From positions 15,662,963 to 15,726,962 of the forward strand of contig CM119265.1 of NCBI GenBank assembly GCA_051294375.1: DNA of 64,000 nucleotides, given 5' to 3'. This document shows positions 26,738 to 40,664 of this stretch, piece by piece. Position 1 is the first letter of the stretch; each line of letters begins with the position of its first letter. The position numbers and the translations under genes are program-made. Source of the DNA: Paraspadella gotoi (taxonomy: Eukaryota; Animalia; Chaetognatha). The notes under the pieces are model-generated. The model made no database searches and was not told where the DNA came from. It worked only from the letters and a program-made list of their open reading frames with translations.

Positions 26738-29305
26738 ATAAAATTAGAATATATAAAAGTTTGGTATCCGATTTTTGGGTATTATAATCGTAGTCTTGTC
26801 TCAAATTTAGCTAAAATCCGATTATAATAATATAATGTAATATAATAATCCGATTATAATTGCGAGTATCGTTGCTCATTAGTAAATCCACCCACGACAA
26901 AATTATGACGTTTTCACGTCTTTTTAAAATTTTTCTGTGACAATTGTAAACATCGACGTGATACTTCCGCAGGACAAAATGTTCTAACAACCGAGCGTAT
27001 TAAACGTCTAAAACTACACTGATTCTTCTGTCTATTAATCATTAACTTAGTCAGGTGAATTCTGTCGGCCTCGATTCTTACTAAGAACCGACAAACTCCG
27101 CTTCACCGACCGACCGACCACCTGAAACGACAACGACAACAACAAAAACGCCTCCGACGACGAAAACCTCGGAAATGCGAAACTGGAGCCGCTTTGACCT
27201 CAACGGAGATTGTGTTTTGTGCCCAAAGCGAGAGCGTCTTTTGCCCCCGAGCCAAATCGTCGTTTTCTATTCGACGACAGAAGACGCTATTTGTTCAGAG
27301 GAGAAAATTTAACTTTATGCGCAATTTATGTTGTTTAAAGTGTACTGTTTCGCAATATCCAGAATGATGGATTTCGTTGGTTTATTGCGTAACTTAGCAA
27401 TAAGTACCTTTATACTACTTACTAGTTCGGGCTGCTGGGTGTATCAATGTATGCCTCATTTTTCTCTCTCGTGTAAACTTAGTAAATCTAGTAAAACAAA
27501 GTGTAAATGTTTCTATCTGCCAGCAATCTCCCGACGAATCCACAACTACTAATTTCCTCATCGATCCTCTTCCATCGATCCCAGCCTTGTCAGCCTCCCC
27601 AACCCCCGTAACTATCCACCCCTAAGTCTCCACCCTCTCGAAATCAAACACCCTTTCCCAACTCTCCCTCCTTTTTCGAGAAAAAACCCCGAATTCCCAG
27701 GGTTTGGGGTGTTGTTGTTGTTATCGTCGCTCCTAAAAAGGCCCACCGTCATTGAGAACGACAAGAGGATGACGACGAAGACGACGACGAAGAAGACGAC
27801 GACGAACAAAAGGTTTTCTTCTCCGCGAAGAAAATCGGTTCTTATTTCCTTTTTTTTTTTCTTCTTCTTTTCGTTGCGTTAAAAATCTTTCTTTTATTTG
27901 CAATAGACACATTTTTTTCCTTGCGGTCTCTTTTTTTTAGAGGATTCTTGCGCTACTTAGAACAAACCCTCCAGGGAGCCAGTCTTGGAGTAGCCTCTCC
28001 ATCGAACCATTTTTGCTTTGACGAACTGGTCCGACGTCCTCGCTGAAGTTGCAGAGATTGCCCGAAGGGAACTCCGGGTTACATCCGGGGTTTCCCCCGG
28101 AGTTTCCCTCGTTCCTCCCTTCGCTCGATCACTCACCCGTCGACGCGTTCAATCACACCGCTTTTTTTTCTCACGGAATTCTCACCTTTTTTTTTTGAGT
28201 TGATGATTCACAAAGGGTTGTTGTCTAGTGTAAACAACCCCAAAATACTCTCCGCCCCCATGAACTAGAATTTCGTCGCTATTTCAAGAATCACTATTTA
28301 TATTTAAAAAAAAACCTCTTTTTAAAAGCGGTTTTTTTTGGCTATATACCTTTCCCGCAATTTCAATGTTGGTGTCTTCGAGATTTTTTCGCCCTTTTAC
28401 AAAAAAAGGCCGAAACAGTGGAGTCGCGTTTCTGAGTTTCACCTTTTCTTATCTCGCGGCGGCGAATCTGGAAATTTTCATCGTTCTCCGACTCTTGTCT
28501 TCGTTTTTTTAATCTTCATCTTCGTTTCTTCTTTCGTTTTCATCATCATCTTCGTTTGTTTTGCTTTTTCAAATTCGTCTTTTTCTTTCTCATTTTAAAC
28601 CGCGATGCTTTTTTTTATCATCTTCTTTTTCCTGCGCTTTGTCGAGTTTTCTTCGAATCTTTTTAACGAAATTTTAAAAAAAGGGGATAAATTTTTTAAA
28701 AAGATTAACAAAAAAAAAAAAGCTACTCGACTTCGTATTTTTGTCATTTTTCGAAAGAAAAAAAATTCCCGGAAACGTTGAAAAACGTGACGGGAGAAAA
28801 AAAATTTAGAAAACGAGGGAAACGTGAATTCGTGCAACGAAAAATTGGAAATCAATTGGAGAAATATAGAAAGAAAGAATTGAGAATGAAAGAAAAAAAA
28901 GAAAGCAAAAAAAGAAAAGAATAAAAAAGTGAGAACGAGTAAACAAAAAAGAAAAAAACAACAAAAAAACATCTCACCAAAAAGTAGTAAATCTCGACCA
29001 TTTTCCGCCTGTTTCTGTCGAGTCACGCGCAATTCGCGTTTTTCCTTCTCTGGCGCCTCTCGGGGGCCTCACGCGCATTTTAGCGGGCCTTTTCTTGTCT
29101 TTTAATACAAAACAGGAATCACCTAGACGTCGGTCCCTCGTGGGTAATTGTGTATACTGGATTTTCGTGGACCAAGTGAGGTTTTCTCGCTGTACGCTTT
29201 AGAAACCGCGCTAAGTTACTGCGGCGAAATTGATTAGTTTTGATACCAAATTTCTAAAAACGAAAATAATAATCGACTCTTCTCTCTTTCTCTCTCTCCT
29301 CTCTC

Positions 29306-29370
<65 letters not shown>

Positions 29371-29712
29371 TATATTTGTGTTTTGTTAATTTTGTTATTT
29401 CATGATAAAACTTCAAACAATAAAAAAAAACATTTCAAAATTTACCATATCAAAATAATCTTTTCGTCTTCGGCTTTCAATATATTTGCCCTTGCCAAGG
29501 GTAAGTCTTCCTTTTGTGAGTTCATAACTTCTTTGGAGTTTATGCAAAGCCAAACGGAAGGGGGTCACCAATGCAAATTAGCGGCATTAATTATGAATAT
29601 TGAATAAGTACCGATACTTGCTTTGCAGATCAGTATAACTGCAGTCTAACAGTATGAGTGTGAAATATTCTTCTTGTCTTTAAACGTTAATCTAAAACCA
29701 ATTTGTTAAACA

Positions 29713-29751
<39 letters not shown>

Positions 29752-30492
29752 TCTCTTTCTTAATATATGTTTATCGATAAACAATTTTTTGTTCTTTTGA
29801 ATGTCGTCTCTCCACTCACTCGCGCTTTTCACAAATTCGGTCGTATGCAAATGAATTTTTTGCGTTTGTCGCGCGGCGGCGAGTCAGAGAGAGAGAGAGA
29901 GAGAAAAAGAGAGTGAGGCTTATTTGCTGATCGACTCAAAAACACAAAATCCGATTTTTTTTCTTTCTTTTTTTTCGCAGGATATATTTTTTTCTTGTTC
30001 TCTGTCGTCTAAGTCACCACTGCGTGAAAAGAATACAACTTTTTTGGGGTGAAAATTCAAAGAAAATCTGAAAAAAAAATTTTCAAAGTTCCGTCGCGAA
30101 ACGAATCAAAACTGTGAACTCGTAGTCAAATTCAGTTGATGTGAAAAAACTAAAAACGTGAAAAAAAAATTGGAAATTTATCGACATAAAAAGAACAAAA
30201 GTTTTGACGAGAAAAAGTCGGCGAAACGACCGGTAAAGAAAAAAAAAACTATAAGTGCAAGTATAATCGTTAAAAGGAAAAAGCGTGTTTAGAACATGAA
30301 AAAATAAACAAAAAAAAAAAACCTCTTTCAAATATTACATCATAAAAATCAGGAGGAAATTTCTGATCCTTAAATCTCGACTAAAAAATCAACTTATATA
30401 TTCCTCCCTCCATTTAATAAAGATCACAGTCAAAAGTTAAGCCCCCCTTAAATTTTCCCGCCTTTTGCCCTCCCGTTCGTGGAGTTAATATC

Positions 30493-31094
30493 ATGCGCCA
30501 TTGACGTCGAAGATTGGCCGCCGCCACCGCTGCCGTCGCTGCCGCCACCGCTGCCGTCGCTGCCGCCGCCGCCGCCGCTGTTGCCGCGGGGGTTTTCCGC
30601 TTCCGTCGCCTCGGTGGCCGCCGCCCTCGACGCCTCGCCTCGTTTTCGTCTCTTCGGTCTGAAAACTCTCACCAGCCATCGACGCCGTTGCTTAGTAACG
30701 CGGAACTAACGCTCCCTAACGACGTCGGCCTCGGTTCCTTGGCGACGCTGGTCGCCGGAAAACAACAAGCTCGTCGCCTGGGGAATAATGCGATTCCCAG
30801 ACGCCCGTTCGACGACGACGACAATAAAGACGACAAATACGACTACGCTCTCGCTCTTACATCGAACCGCCAGCGCCTCTGTGACGCGCCCGGGCGTTAA
30901 TTCGCACGCGTCGCTTTGCAAATGTGAGCGCGACTCTGATTGATCCGCCAGCGTTATCCTCAGATCTCAGCGACCTCTCTCGTTACGAGCAATGTGCGCC
31001 CCGCTCGAAGTTGTGGCGCCCGGGTTTCGGGTCATTTCTGGTCCCAATACGAAAACGTTTCTTCCTGCCGGGAAAGAAGGAGGGGCTAAAATCG
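30493..31094 (+). CDS. Probable first coding exon of the RAPGEF1/C3G-like gene (copy A; frameshifted as assembled)
   Basis: GC-rich coding-like island from an ATG at 30493 (..EDWPPPPLPSLPPPLPSLPPPPPLLPRG..) to a strong donor ATCG|gtaaga at 31094. Merging copies A and B removes several frameshifts (SHRRRCFSNAE; SDLSDLSRYEQCAPRSKLW.PGFG.FWSQYENVSSSGKEGGAKI) and gives a phase-1 end that matches the acceptor at 43372. Confidence 0.5.
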
Positions 31095-32960
31095 GTAAGA
31101 CCGCCGAAATTACTACCACCACGATAGTGATAAATTTATAATGGGTCGTTAATAAATCAATGGGTAATCGTCTGAATTTGTTATTTTGGTTGAGTTTCGC
31201 TTGATCGTGAATTGACCCGTTTCGAGAGGTCTATTTCGAGAGCGGAGAAGGACCTCCCACTTTTTTACGTCTCCGCCTTAAAACTAAAGACTTTAAAATC
31301 CGTCGGGACGGAGTCCTCACCACTTCAGAGGCGCCTGCCTCTCCCCTTCGCCCTTTGTCAATGAAAAAACAACTATGGAGAAAAGGGAGGGATAGTTCTT
31401 TCATTAATCACAGAGAAAATATACATTCTGTAATTATAATAGATATTCCTTGCAACAATTACTGGCGCCTGGTATCGACCTTGGTATCATTTATCGTTAA
31501 TCATCGCCAACCTGGCCAAGTGGCCATGTTTCCCAGTCCTTTTGCCACCCTCGAACCGTAACACCCTAACTTAACTTTTTTTCCAGTTTTTTTTTCCTCC
31601 AACACCCGTTCTTCACGACACACCCCAATGTTTCCCTCTCGTGGCAACACCCTTTCCCAAGTGACTTTGTTTTTCCTCTCGAAAGTAAAACATTTTAACC
31701 AATTACCATCTTCGTCTAGTTTTTTTTTCATTTTTTATTCCCTTTTTTCTGTTTTTTCTTTCTCGAGGATTTTGTTTTCTCTCTCAACTTCCATTTTTTG
31801 CCTGATGATAAATCTTTTTTATTTTCGGATTCCCGTTTTATTTTCGCCTCTAGGGGTAGTATACGAGTCTTCCGTACCAAAATATAAAAAAAAATAACAA
31901 AAAACTATCGGTTGACCTCGCGTAAACTAAGCTTACGTTTAGATTATTGTGAGAGGAAAATGAATGGAAAAGAGACGCGTGATTCTCCTCGCACCTGTTT
32001 TGTGTTCGAGAAACCAGTTTTTATCCGGTCATTTTTTTTTTCGTCATAACAATTCGAGACGAAATATTACGTAGATTTTGTTCGCCACGATTCAAAGAAA
32101 ACGTATCGATTAATAATATACTTAAATTGATTAATTATATTATGATTTAAATTCCCATTTTTTATTTTTCTTCGATTAATCATCCTATATTTTTTTTTCG
32201 CGTCTCACAACAGGTTTTCTAGAACCTGGCGCTCATACAGGCCTTTTTTGTTTTTACACGCCCCAAACTGAGAGTCCGATTTCACCTTTTTTTTATTCTC
32301 CGAACTGTTTATTCTATTTCTCAAGTTTAAGCCTCCAAACCAATGTATATTTTTTCGAAATTAAAACCATTCTAAATCGAGCTGTGTCGAGACGGCAGCT
32401 ATTTTTTTGAAGGGTTCTCTACAAAACATTCCAACACTTAAATTACGAAAGGAGAAAAATAAAATATTATATTATATATTATATATTATATTTATTATAT
32501 TATATTATATATTATTTTGCTCACATAGAACATACAACCTCGGTCAAACCCACTTGACCTTAACGTTGACCTTTGTAAATACCATTGTAATAGACTAGCA
32601 TCTGAGCATTTTGACAGTTATTGTTTATAACCATGTTGAAGAATAAATCATTCTTGATCTGAAACTTGTGTTGTCATAATATCGTGTTGTGATGCGATTT
32701 GGTTAGTTTACATATTTTTCATAATAATTACGTTGTAACCTTAATTTTCTATTTCTAAATTCAATATATATTACCCAATACGTATTTCTTCTCTAATGTA
32801 AGTAACCGAAGGGTTCGAATATATTCCAGGTCGGCGATGTCTCCCACCGCCGAACATCCGAGGAGTCTCTTTCCAAACTTTACCTTTTTGCGGTTTTCCC
32901 TTTTTTATTCCTCGAATTCGTCAATGACTGGGGAAGGGAGAGGTCGAGTTTGGTTCGGCC

Positions 32961-32992
<32 letters not shown>

Positions 32993-34092
32993 AGAGATTT
33001 CGTGCGCAATCGTCCTTCTATTCTTCTTTTTTTATTTTTTCGCTCGGGCAACTTTTCTCTTCCTTCTCGACATCGATCATATGAATCAATTTCTATCATT
33101 TATCTTCGTTCGGGTTTTTTTTTTCTTCGCGCGACAATATCTTTATCAAAATTTTCCCTTCATTTGCATCTTTGTTGCCTTCGGCCGAATTTAAGAACCG
33201 TTTCTTAATAAAAATTAATTCTTAAAATTTATTTAAAAAAACCGCGATATTTAGATTTATGTCAACAATTATATTGTAGTTTGCACAGAAACTTATAATC
33301 ATTAGCCTTTTATATAATCACAAAATCCACAAAAGATTAAACATTGATTTTTAAAGATTTTTTTTTTTTTGATGAGCGGGGTTTCCGTCTCCTTGCACAT
33401 GTTTATGTCCAACACTTTAACCTTTTATATTTTAATGGAAATCGAATGAACGAATCACAAAACGATTTTTCTCTTTCTTCTTCACATAAACGTAACAGTT
33501 TTTCTTCCAAAGTAACAAACAATAAGAGAAATTTATCGAAATTCCTTTATCGGATGTTTTTTTCTCAGTTTCTGCTTTGCTCTGATATCTTTTGTCGATT
33601 TCTAAGTTCGGCATTTCCCAAATGACTTTTCTTCGCTTTTCAGCGAAAGTAATTTTCATTCCTGTGTACAATAAAAAGTCCACGTAATACTTCAAAGCCT
33701 ATTGGTATTTATTTTTTTTATATCGTTGTATTTTATTCTAAAATAGTATCCGCTATGAATATTTCTTGAGAATTAAAATAAAGTGAAAGTTATGTAACAT
33801 CTGTCAAGAAATTGATTCGTTAATTTAATCGGACTAGTTGAATTTTACGGATGAGAAAATTTATTAAAAAAAAACGGAAAACGAAAAAAACATACAATAA
33901 TAGTATGGTTCTTTATTGATTTATTGATTTATTGATTTATTAATTGATTGATTGATTTTTTATGATTTATTGATTGATTGATTTATGTTATTGATTTATT
34001 TATTGATTGATTTATTGATTGATTATTGATTTATTGATTTATTGATTGATTTTTTAATTTTTAAATTTATTTATTTATTTATTTATTTATTT

Positions 34093-34156
<64 letters not shown>

Positions 34157-35503
34157 TTTCTTTTCTTTCTTTCCTTTCTTTCTTTTTTTTCTTTCTTTCT
34201 TTCTTTCTTCATTATTTCTTTCTTTATCCTTTCAATCTTCGAAGATTTGCCCGTTTTAATGAACTCGCCAAGGATATCATTTTTTATGATTTAACATTTT
34301 TAAATTTTTTTAAAATAATTTTTGTTTTAAATTGAATTCCCAGACGAGGCTCGCAAAGGAAACGAGCCAATTAAAACAGAGTCCGTTTTTACTTCGGAAT
34401 ATCGTTTTTTGTTTTTTATCACTTTTTCGAAAATGCAATTTTCTTTCTGTGTTCCCTTTTACCAATCTCTGTCTGTTTTTTTCGTACAGGTTAACGGTTC
34501 ACCATTAAAATGATAACGATAATTTTTCCAAATCAATTTTTTTTAAATTTTGATTCTTTGAAAATCAATAGGAGTTAATCTTGCCAGAAGATAGCAAACA
34601 TGACAACGAACATAAGGAGACAAACAACAAACTTGGAAGCCGAATTAACAAGATGCAGAGATGCAAAAAAAAAATTAAAAAAAAAGAATACAAATTGAAA
34701 ATTGATACAATCATTCTAAATATATTTTTTTTCATGGATTCGATTCAAACCACGCGCGTGTAATATATGTTTTGATTGGAACCCAATTTAAATTCGGACC
34801 AATATAAGTGATTTTGGTCTGAAACCACGACATATCGCTTCCATCGATTGAATCCAAGCAGTGAGATTTGTTTACAAAGAACAAATATAACATTGACTCG
34901 TTTCCACTTTGTATCATTGTTCTTTTTCTTTTCATAATAATCATTGTTCAGTTGGATGTTCCTCTTTTTTCCGTTTTCGAGTCTCGAGTCTCGATTTCTT
35001 TTTCCGACTTCGAAACCCGAGATTCTCGGCGAGAAAAGAAATAAAGGATCACGCCGGAGAATATCAGTAAAGATCCGGAAGTGTCGCTTTTCCGGCGGAT
35101 AAAGTTGAGTCGGTTATCGGCGATCGGCGAGCGTCGAAACTCGAGACGCTACCGACGAGATGGACGTCGTTGTCGTCGTCGTCGACGTAGTCGTTCGTCG
35201 TCGACATGGTCCGTGTTCTTCACCCTCGGCCATCAACTCATTACCGACACTCGCCCCCCAACTGCGCAAGAGACAAAAATCTCTCTCTTTCTTCATGTTT
35301 TTGTGAGGGAAGGAGGAGAGATAAGACATAATTAAAAATATTATGCAAAAAGAAACGAAGGCAAAAAGGATCTGTAAAAGTTTTAAAAAGTTAAAAATTG
35401 AATAGTTATAGTTCGGAAGGAGACGAGCGAGAAAAAGGGAATAAAAAGTAAAAAAAAAAAAAATATAAGAAAGAAAGCGAAAGAAAGAAAGAAAAGAAAG
35501 AAA

Positions 35504-35540
<37 letters not shown>

Positions 35541-36283
35541 AGAGAAACAAAAAGAAAAAGAAAAAAAAGAAAAGAAGAAAAGAAAAAGAAAAAGAAAGAA
35601 AGGAAGAAAAGAAAAAAAGAAAAGAAAGAAGAAGAGAAAGAAAGAAAAGAAAAGAAAAGGAAAAAAATGAGGAAAAATAGACTAAAATTTCGTCGAGTCA
35701 ACCATTTCATGCGACGGGGAGGCTTACCTTGGCGAGATTTAATCTTTCGCCAAAAACCATTCGCATTCCCTTCTCCCTCTTCCCTTACTCCTTCTCCCTT
35801 CTCACCCATTCTCCACTTTCTCATTTCCTTCGTATCATTTCATTTTTTTTTTTAGGTTTCAGTCATTTTTATCTTAACAAGCCATCTTCATTACAAAACT
35901 CCTAATCTATATAATTATTCCGACCCCTCAGTCTTAGGCTCGCACCCCTGCCCCTTTTTGCCAGCCGCCACCCCCTTCCGCGCCCATGATCCGTCAGGGC
36001 CGCGTCATCGCCCGCTCTATCAGAGAACCACCTCGACTCTCGACGCGTTGAAAGCCTCCAAGGATCCGTCGATCGGTCTGTCTGTCTGTCATCTTTTCAT
36101 TTGTCCGGCCTCAGTTTTTCTGTGTTGAAAATAATTTTTTTTTAACATAAAAGAATATTAATAATAGTTAAGTTGAGAGGCATGTTTTTGTTTCTCATCT
36201 TTTACTGGCAATAACGTTTTACCGGCAGAAGCAAAAGCAGAACTATTGGATAGATAAGAGCGGGCGGAGAGAAAAAAATAATT

Positions 36284-36341
<58 letters not shown>

Positions 36342-39300
36342 AGGAATAAAATTAGAATATATAAAAGTTGGTATCGATTTTTGGGTATTATAATCGTAGT
36401 CTTGTCTCAAATTTAGCTAAAATCCGATTATAATAATTAATGTAATATAATAATCCGATATAATTGCGAGTATCGTTGCTCATTAGTAAATCCACCCACG
36501 ACAAAATTATGACGTTTTCACGTCTTTTTTAAATTTTTCTGTGACAATTGTAAACATCGACGTGATACTTCCGCAGACAAAATGTTTTTCTAACAACCGA
36601 GCGTATTAAACGTCTAAAACTACACTGATTCTTCTGTCTATTAATCATTAACTTAGTCAGGTGAATCTGTCGGCCTCGATCTTACTAAGAACCGACAAAC
36701 TCCGCTTCACCGACGACGACCACCTGAAAAACGACAACGACAACAACAAAAACGCCTCCGACGACGAAAACCTCGGAAATGCGGAACTGGAGCCGCTTTG
36801 ACCTCAACGGAGATTGTGTTTTGTCCCAAAGCCGAGAGCGTCTTTTTGCCCCCGAGCCAATCGTCGTTTTCTATTCGACGACAGAAGACGCTATTGTTCA
36901 GAGGAGAAAATTTAACTTTATGCGCAATTTATGTTGTTTAAAGTGTACTGTTTCGCAATATCCAGAATGATGGATTCGTTGGTGGTTTATTGCGTAATCT
37001 TAGCAATAAGTACCTTTATACTACTTACTAGTTCGGCTGCTGGGTTATCATGTATGCCTCATTTTCTCTCTCGTGTAAACTCTAGTACAATCTAGCTAAA
37101 ACGAAAGTGTAAAGTGTTCTGATCTGCCAGCAATCCTCCCGACGAATCCACACTACTCAATTTCCTCATCGATCTCTTCATCGATGACCCGACATCCTTC
37201 AGCCCTTGTCAGCCTCCCAACCCCCGTAACTATCCACTCCCTAAGTCTCCACCCTCACTCGAAATCAAACACCTTTCCCAACTCTCCCTCCTTTTCGAGA
37301 AAAACCCCAATCCCAGGGTTCGGGGTGTTGCTTGTTTGTTATCGTCGCTCCCTAAAAAGGCCCACGTCTATTGAGAACGACAAGAGGATGACGACGAAAG
37401 ACGACGACGAAGAAACGACGACGAACAAAAGGTTGTCTCTTCCGCGAAGAAAACTCCGGTTCTTATTCCTTTTTTTTTTCTTCTTCTTTTCGTCTGCGTT
37501 CAAAAATCTCTTCCTTATCTGCATAGACACATTTTTTCCTTGCGGTCTCTTTTTTTAGAGGCAATACTTGGCGCTACTTAGCAACAAACCCTCCACGGGA
37601 GCCAGTCTTGGAGTAGCCTCCAATCGAACTCATTTTGTGCTTTGACGAACCTGGTCCGACAACGTCCCGCTGAAGTTGCAGAGATGCCCGAGGAACTTCC
37701 GGGTTACATCCGGCGGTTTCCCCCGGAGTTTCCTTCGCTTCCCCTCGCTCGACCTCACTCCCACCGCCGACGGTTCAATCACAACTTGTTTTCCGAGATA
37801 TCTCACCTTTTTTTTGATTGATGATTCACCGAAAGGTTTTGTCTAGTGTATACAACCCCAAAATACTCTCCGCCCCCATGAACTAGAATTCGTCGCTATT
37901 TCAAGAATCATCTATTTATTTTTAAAAAAAACTCTTTTTAAAAGCGGTTTTTTTGGCCTATATACCTTTCCGCAATTTCAATGTTGTGTCTCGAGATTTT
38001 TCGCCTTTTACAAAAAAAGGCCGAAACAGTGTAGTCGCGTTCTGAGTTTCAAACCTTTTCTATCTCGCGGCGGCGAATCTGGAAATTTTCATCTTCTCCG
38101 ACTGCGTGTCTTCGTTTTTTTAATCTCATGCTTCGTTTCTTCTTCGTTTCATCATGCATCTCGTGTTTTTGCTTTTTCAAATCGCTTTTTTCTTTACCAT
38201 TCTTTTAAACCGCGATGCTTTTTTTTATCATCTCTTTTTTCCTGCGCTTTGTCGAGTTTCTCCGAATCTTTTTAACGAATTGTTAAAAAAAGGGGATAAT
38301 TTTTTAGAAAAGATTAACACAAAGAAAAAAAAGCTACTCGACTTCGTATTTTTGTCATCTTTCCGAAAAGAAAAAAAACCGGAAACGTTGAAAAAACGTG
38401 ACGGGAGAAAAAAAATTTAGAAAAACAGGGAAACGTGAATTCGTGCAACGAAAATTGGAAATCAATTGGCAGAAATATAGAAAGAAAAGAATTGAGAAAT
38501 GAAAGAAAAAAAAAGCAAAAAAAGAAAAAGAATAAAAAAGTGAGAACGAGTAAACAAAAAAGAAAAAAACACAAAAAAACATCTACAAAAAGTAGTAATC
38601 TCGACCATTTTCCGCCCTGTTTCTGTCGAGTCACGCGCAATTCGTTTGTTCCTTCTCTGGCGCCTCGGGGCCTCACGCGCATTTAGCGTGCCTTTCTTGT
38701 CTTTAATACAAAACAGGAATCACCTAGACGTCGGTCCCTCGTGGTAAATTGTGTCATACTGGATTTCGTGACCAATGTGAGGTTTTCTCGCTGACGCTTT
38801 AGAAACCGCGCTAAGTTTACTTGCGGCGAATTGATTAGTTTTGATACCAAATTTCTAAAACGAAAATAATAATCGACTGTCTCTCTCTCTTCTCCTCTCT
38901 CGTCTACTCTCTCTCTCTCTCTCCTCTCGTTTCTCTCCTCTCCTCTCTCTTCTCTCTCTTAATTTGTGTTTGTTAATTTGTTATTCATGAATAAAAATCT
39001 CAAACAATAAAAAAAAACATTTCAAAAATTTACCATATCAAAATAATCTTTTCGTCTCGGCTTCAATATATTTCCCTGCCAAGTAAGTCTTCCGTTGGAG
39101 TTCATAAATTCTTTGAGTTCAGCAAAGCCAAACGGAAGCGGTCACCAAATGCAAATTAGCGCATTAATATGAGATGATTCGAATAAACTACGATACTGCT
39201 TTTGCAGATTGCAGTATAACTGCAGTCTAAACAGTATGAGTGTTGAAATATCTTCTTGTCTTTAAAGCGTTAATCTAAAACCAATTTGTTAAACAGGCCT

Positions 39301-40053
39301 TCTCTCTCTCCTCTCTCTCTCTCTTTCTCTTCTCTTTCTTAATATACATGTTTATCGATAAACAATTTTTGTTCGTTTGAATTCGTCTCTCCACTCACAT
39401 CGCGCTTTTCACAAATTCGTCGTATCAAATGATTTTTGCGTTGTCGCGCGGCGGCGATCAGAGAATAAGAGCAGAGAGAAAAAAGATGAGAGGCTTATTT
39501 GCTCGATCACAAAAACACAAAAATCCGATTATTTTTTCTTTCTTTTTTTCGCAGGAGATATTATTTTTCCTCGTCCTGTCGTCTAAGTCACCACTGCGTG
39601 AAAAGAATACAACTTTTTTGGGTGAAAATTCAAAGAATAATTCTGAAAAAAAAAATTTTCAAAAGTTCCGTCGTCGAAACGAATCAAAACTGTGAACCGT
39701 AGTCAAATCAGGATGTAAAAAACTAAAAACGTAAAAAAAAATTGGAAATTTATGACATAAAAAGAACAAAAGTTTGACGAGAAAAAGTCGCGAAGACCGG
39801 TGAAAGAAAAAAAAAAACTATAAGTGCAAGTATACTCGTTAAAAGGAAAAGCGTGTTTAGAACATGAAAAAATAAACAAAAAAAAAAAACCTCTTTCAAT
39901 AATAAATCATAAAATAGGAGCGAAATATTCTGAATCCTTAAATCCGACTAAAAATCAACTTATATATTCCTCCCTCCATTTAATAAAGACACAGTCAAAA
40001 GTAAGCCCCCCTTAAATTCCCGCCTTTTGGCCTCCCGTTCGTGAGTTAATATC

Positions 40054-40664
40054 AGCGCCAGACGTCGGAAAGATTGCCCGCCGCACCGCTGCCGTCGCTG
40101 CGCCACCAGTGCCGTCGCTGCCGCCACCGCTGCCGTCGCTGCCGCCGCCGTGCCGTCGCTGTTGCGCGGGGTTTTGCCGCTTCCATCGCCTCGGTGGCCG
40201 CCGCCCTCGGACGCCTCGCCTCGTTTTCGTCTCTTCGGTCTGGAAAACTCACAGCCATCGACGCCGTTGCTTCAGTAACGCGGAGCACAACGCTCCCTAC
40301 ACGTCGGCTCGTTCCTTGGCGACGCTGGTCGCCGGAAAAAACAAGCTCGTCGCTGGGGATAATGCGATTCCAGAACCCGTTCGACGACGACGACAATAAA
40401 GACGACAAATGACTACTCTCCTCACTCTTGACATACGACCGCCAGCGCCTCTCTGTGACGCGCCCGGGCGTTAATTCGCACGACCGTCGCTTACAAATTG
40501 TGAGCGCGACTCTGATGATCCGCCAGCGTTATTCTCAGGATCTCAGCGACCTCTCTCGTTACGAGCAATGTGCGCCCCGCTCGAAGTTGTGGCCTCCGGG
40601 TTTCGGGTATTTCTGGTCCCAATACGAAAACGTTTCTTCCTCCGGGAAAGAAGGAGGGGCAAAC
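40054..40664 (+). CDS. Duplicate (copy B) of the same putative first exon, more error-ridden
   Basis: Near-identical to 30493-31094 with many 1-nt indels; ends ..aaac|gtaaga. Confidence 0.35.
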
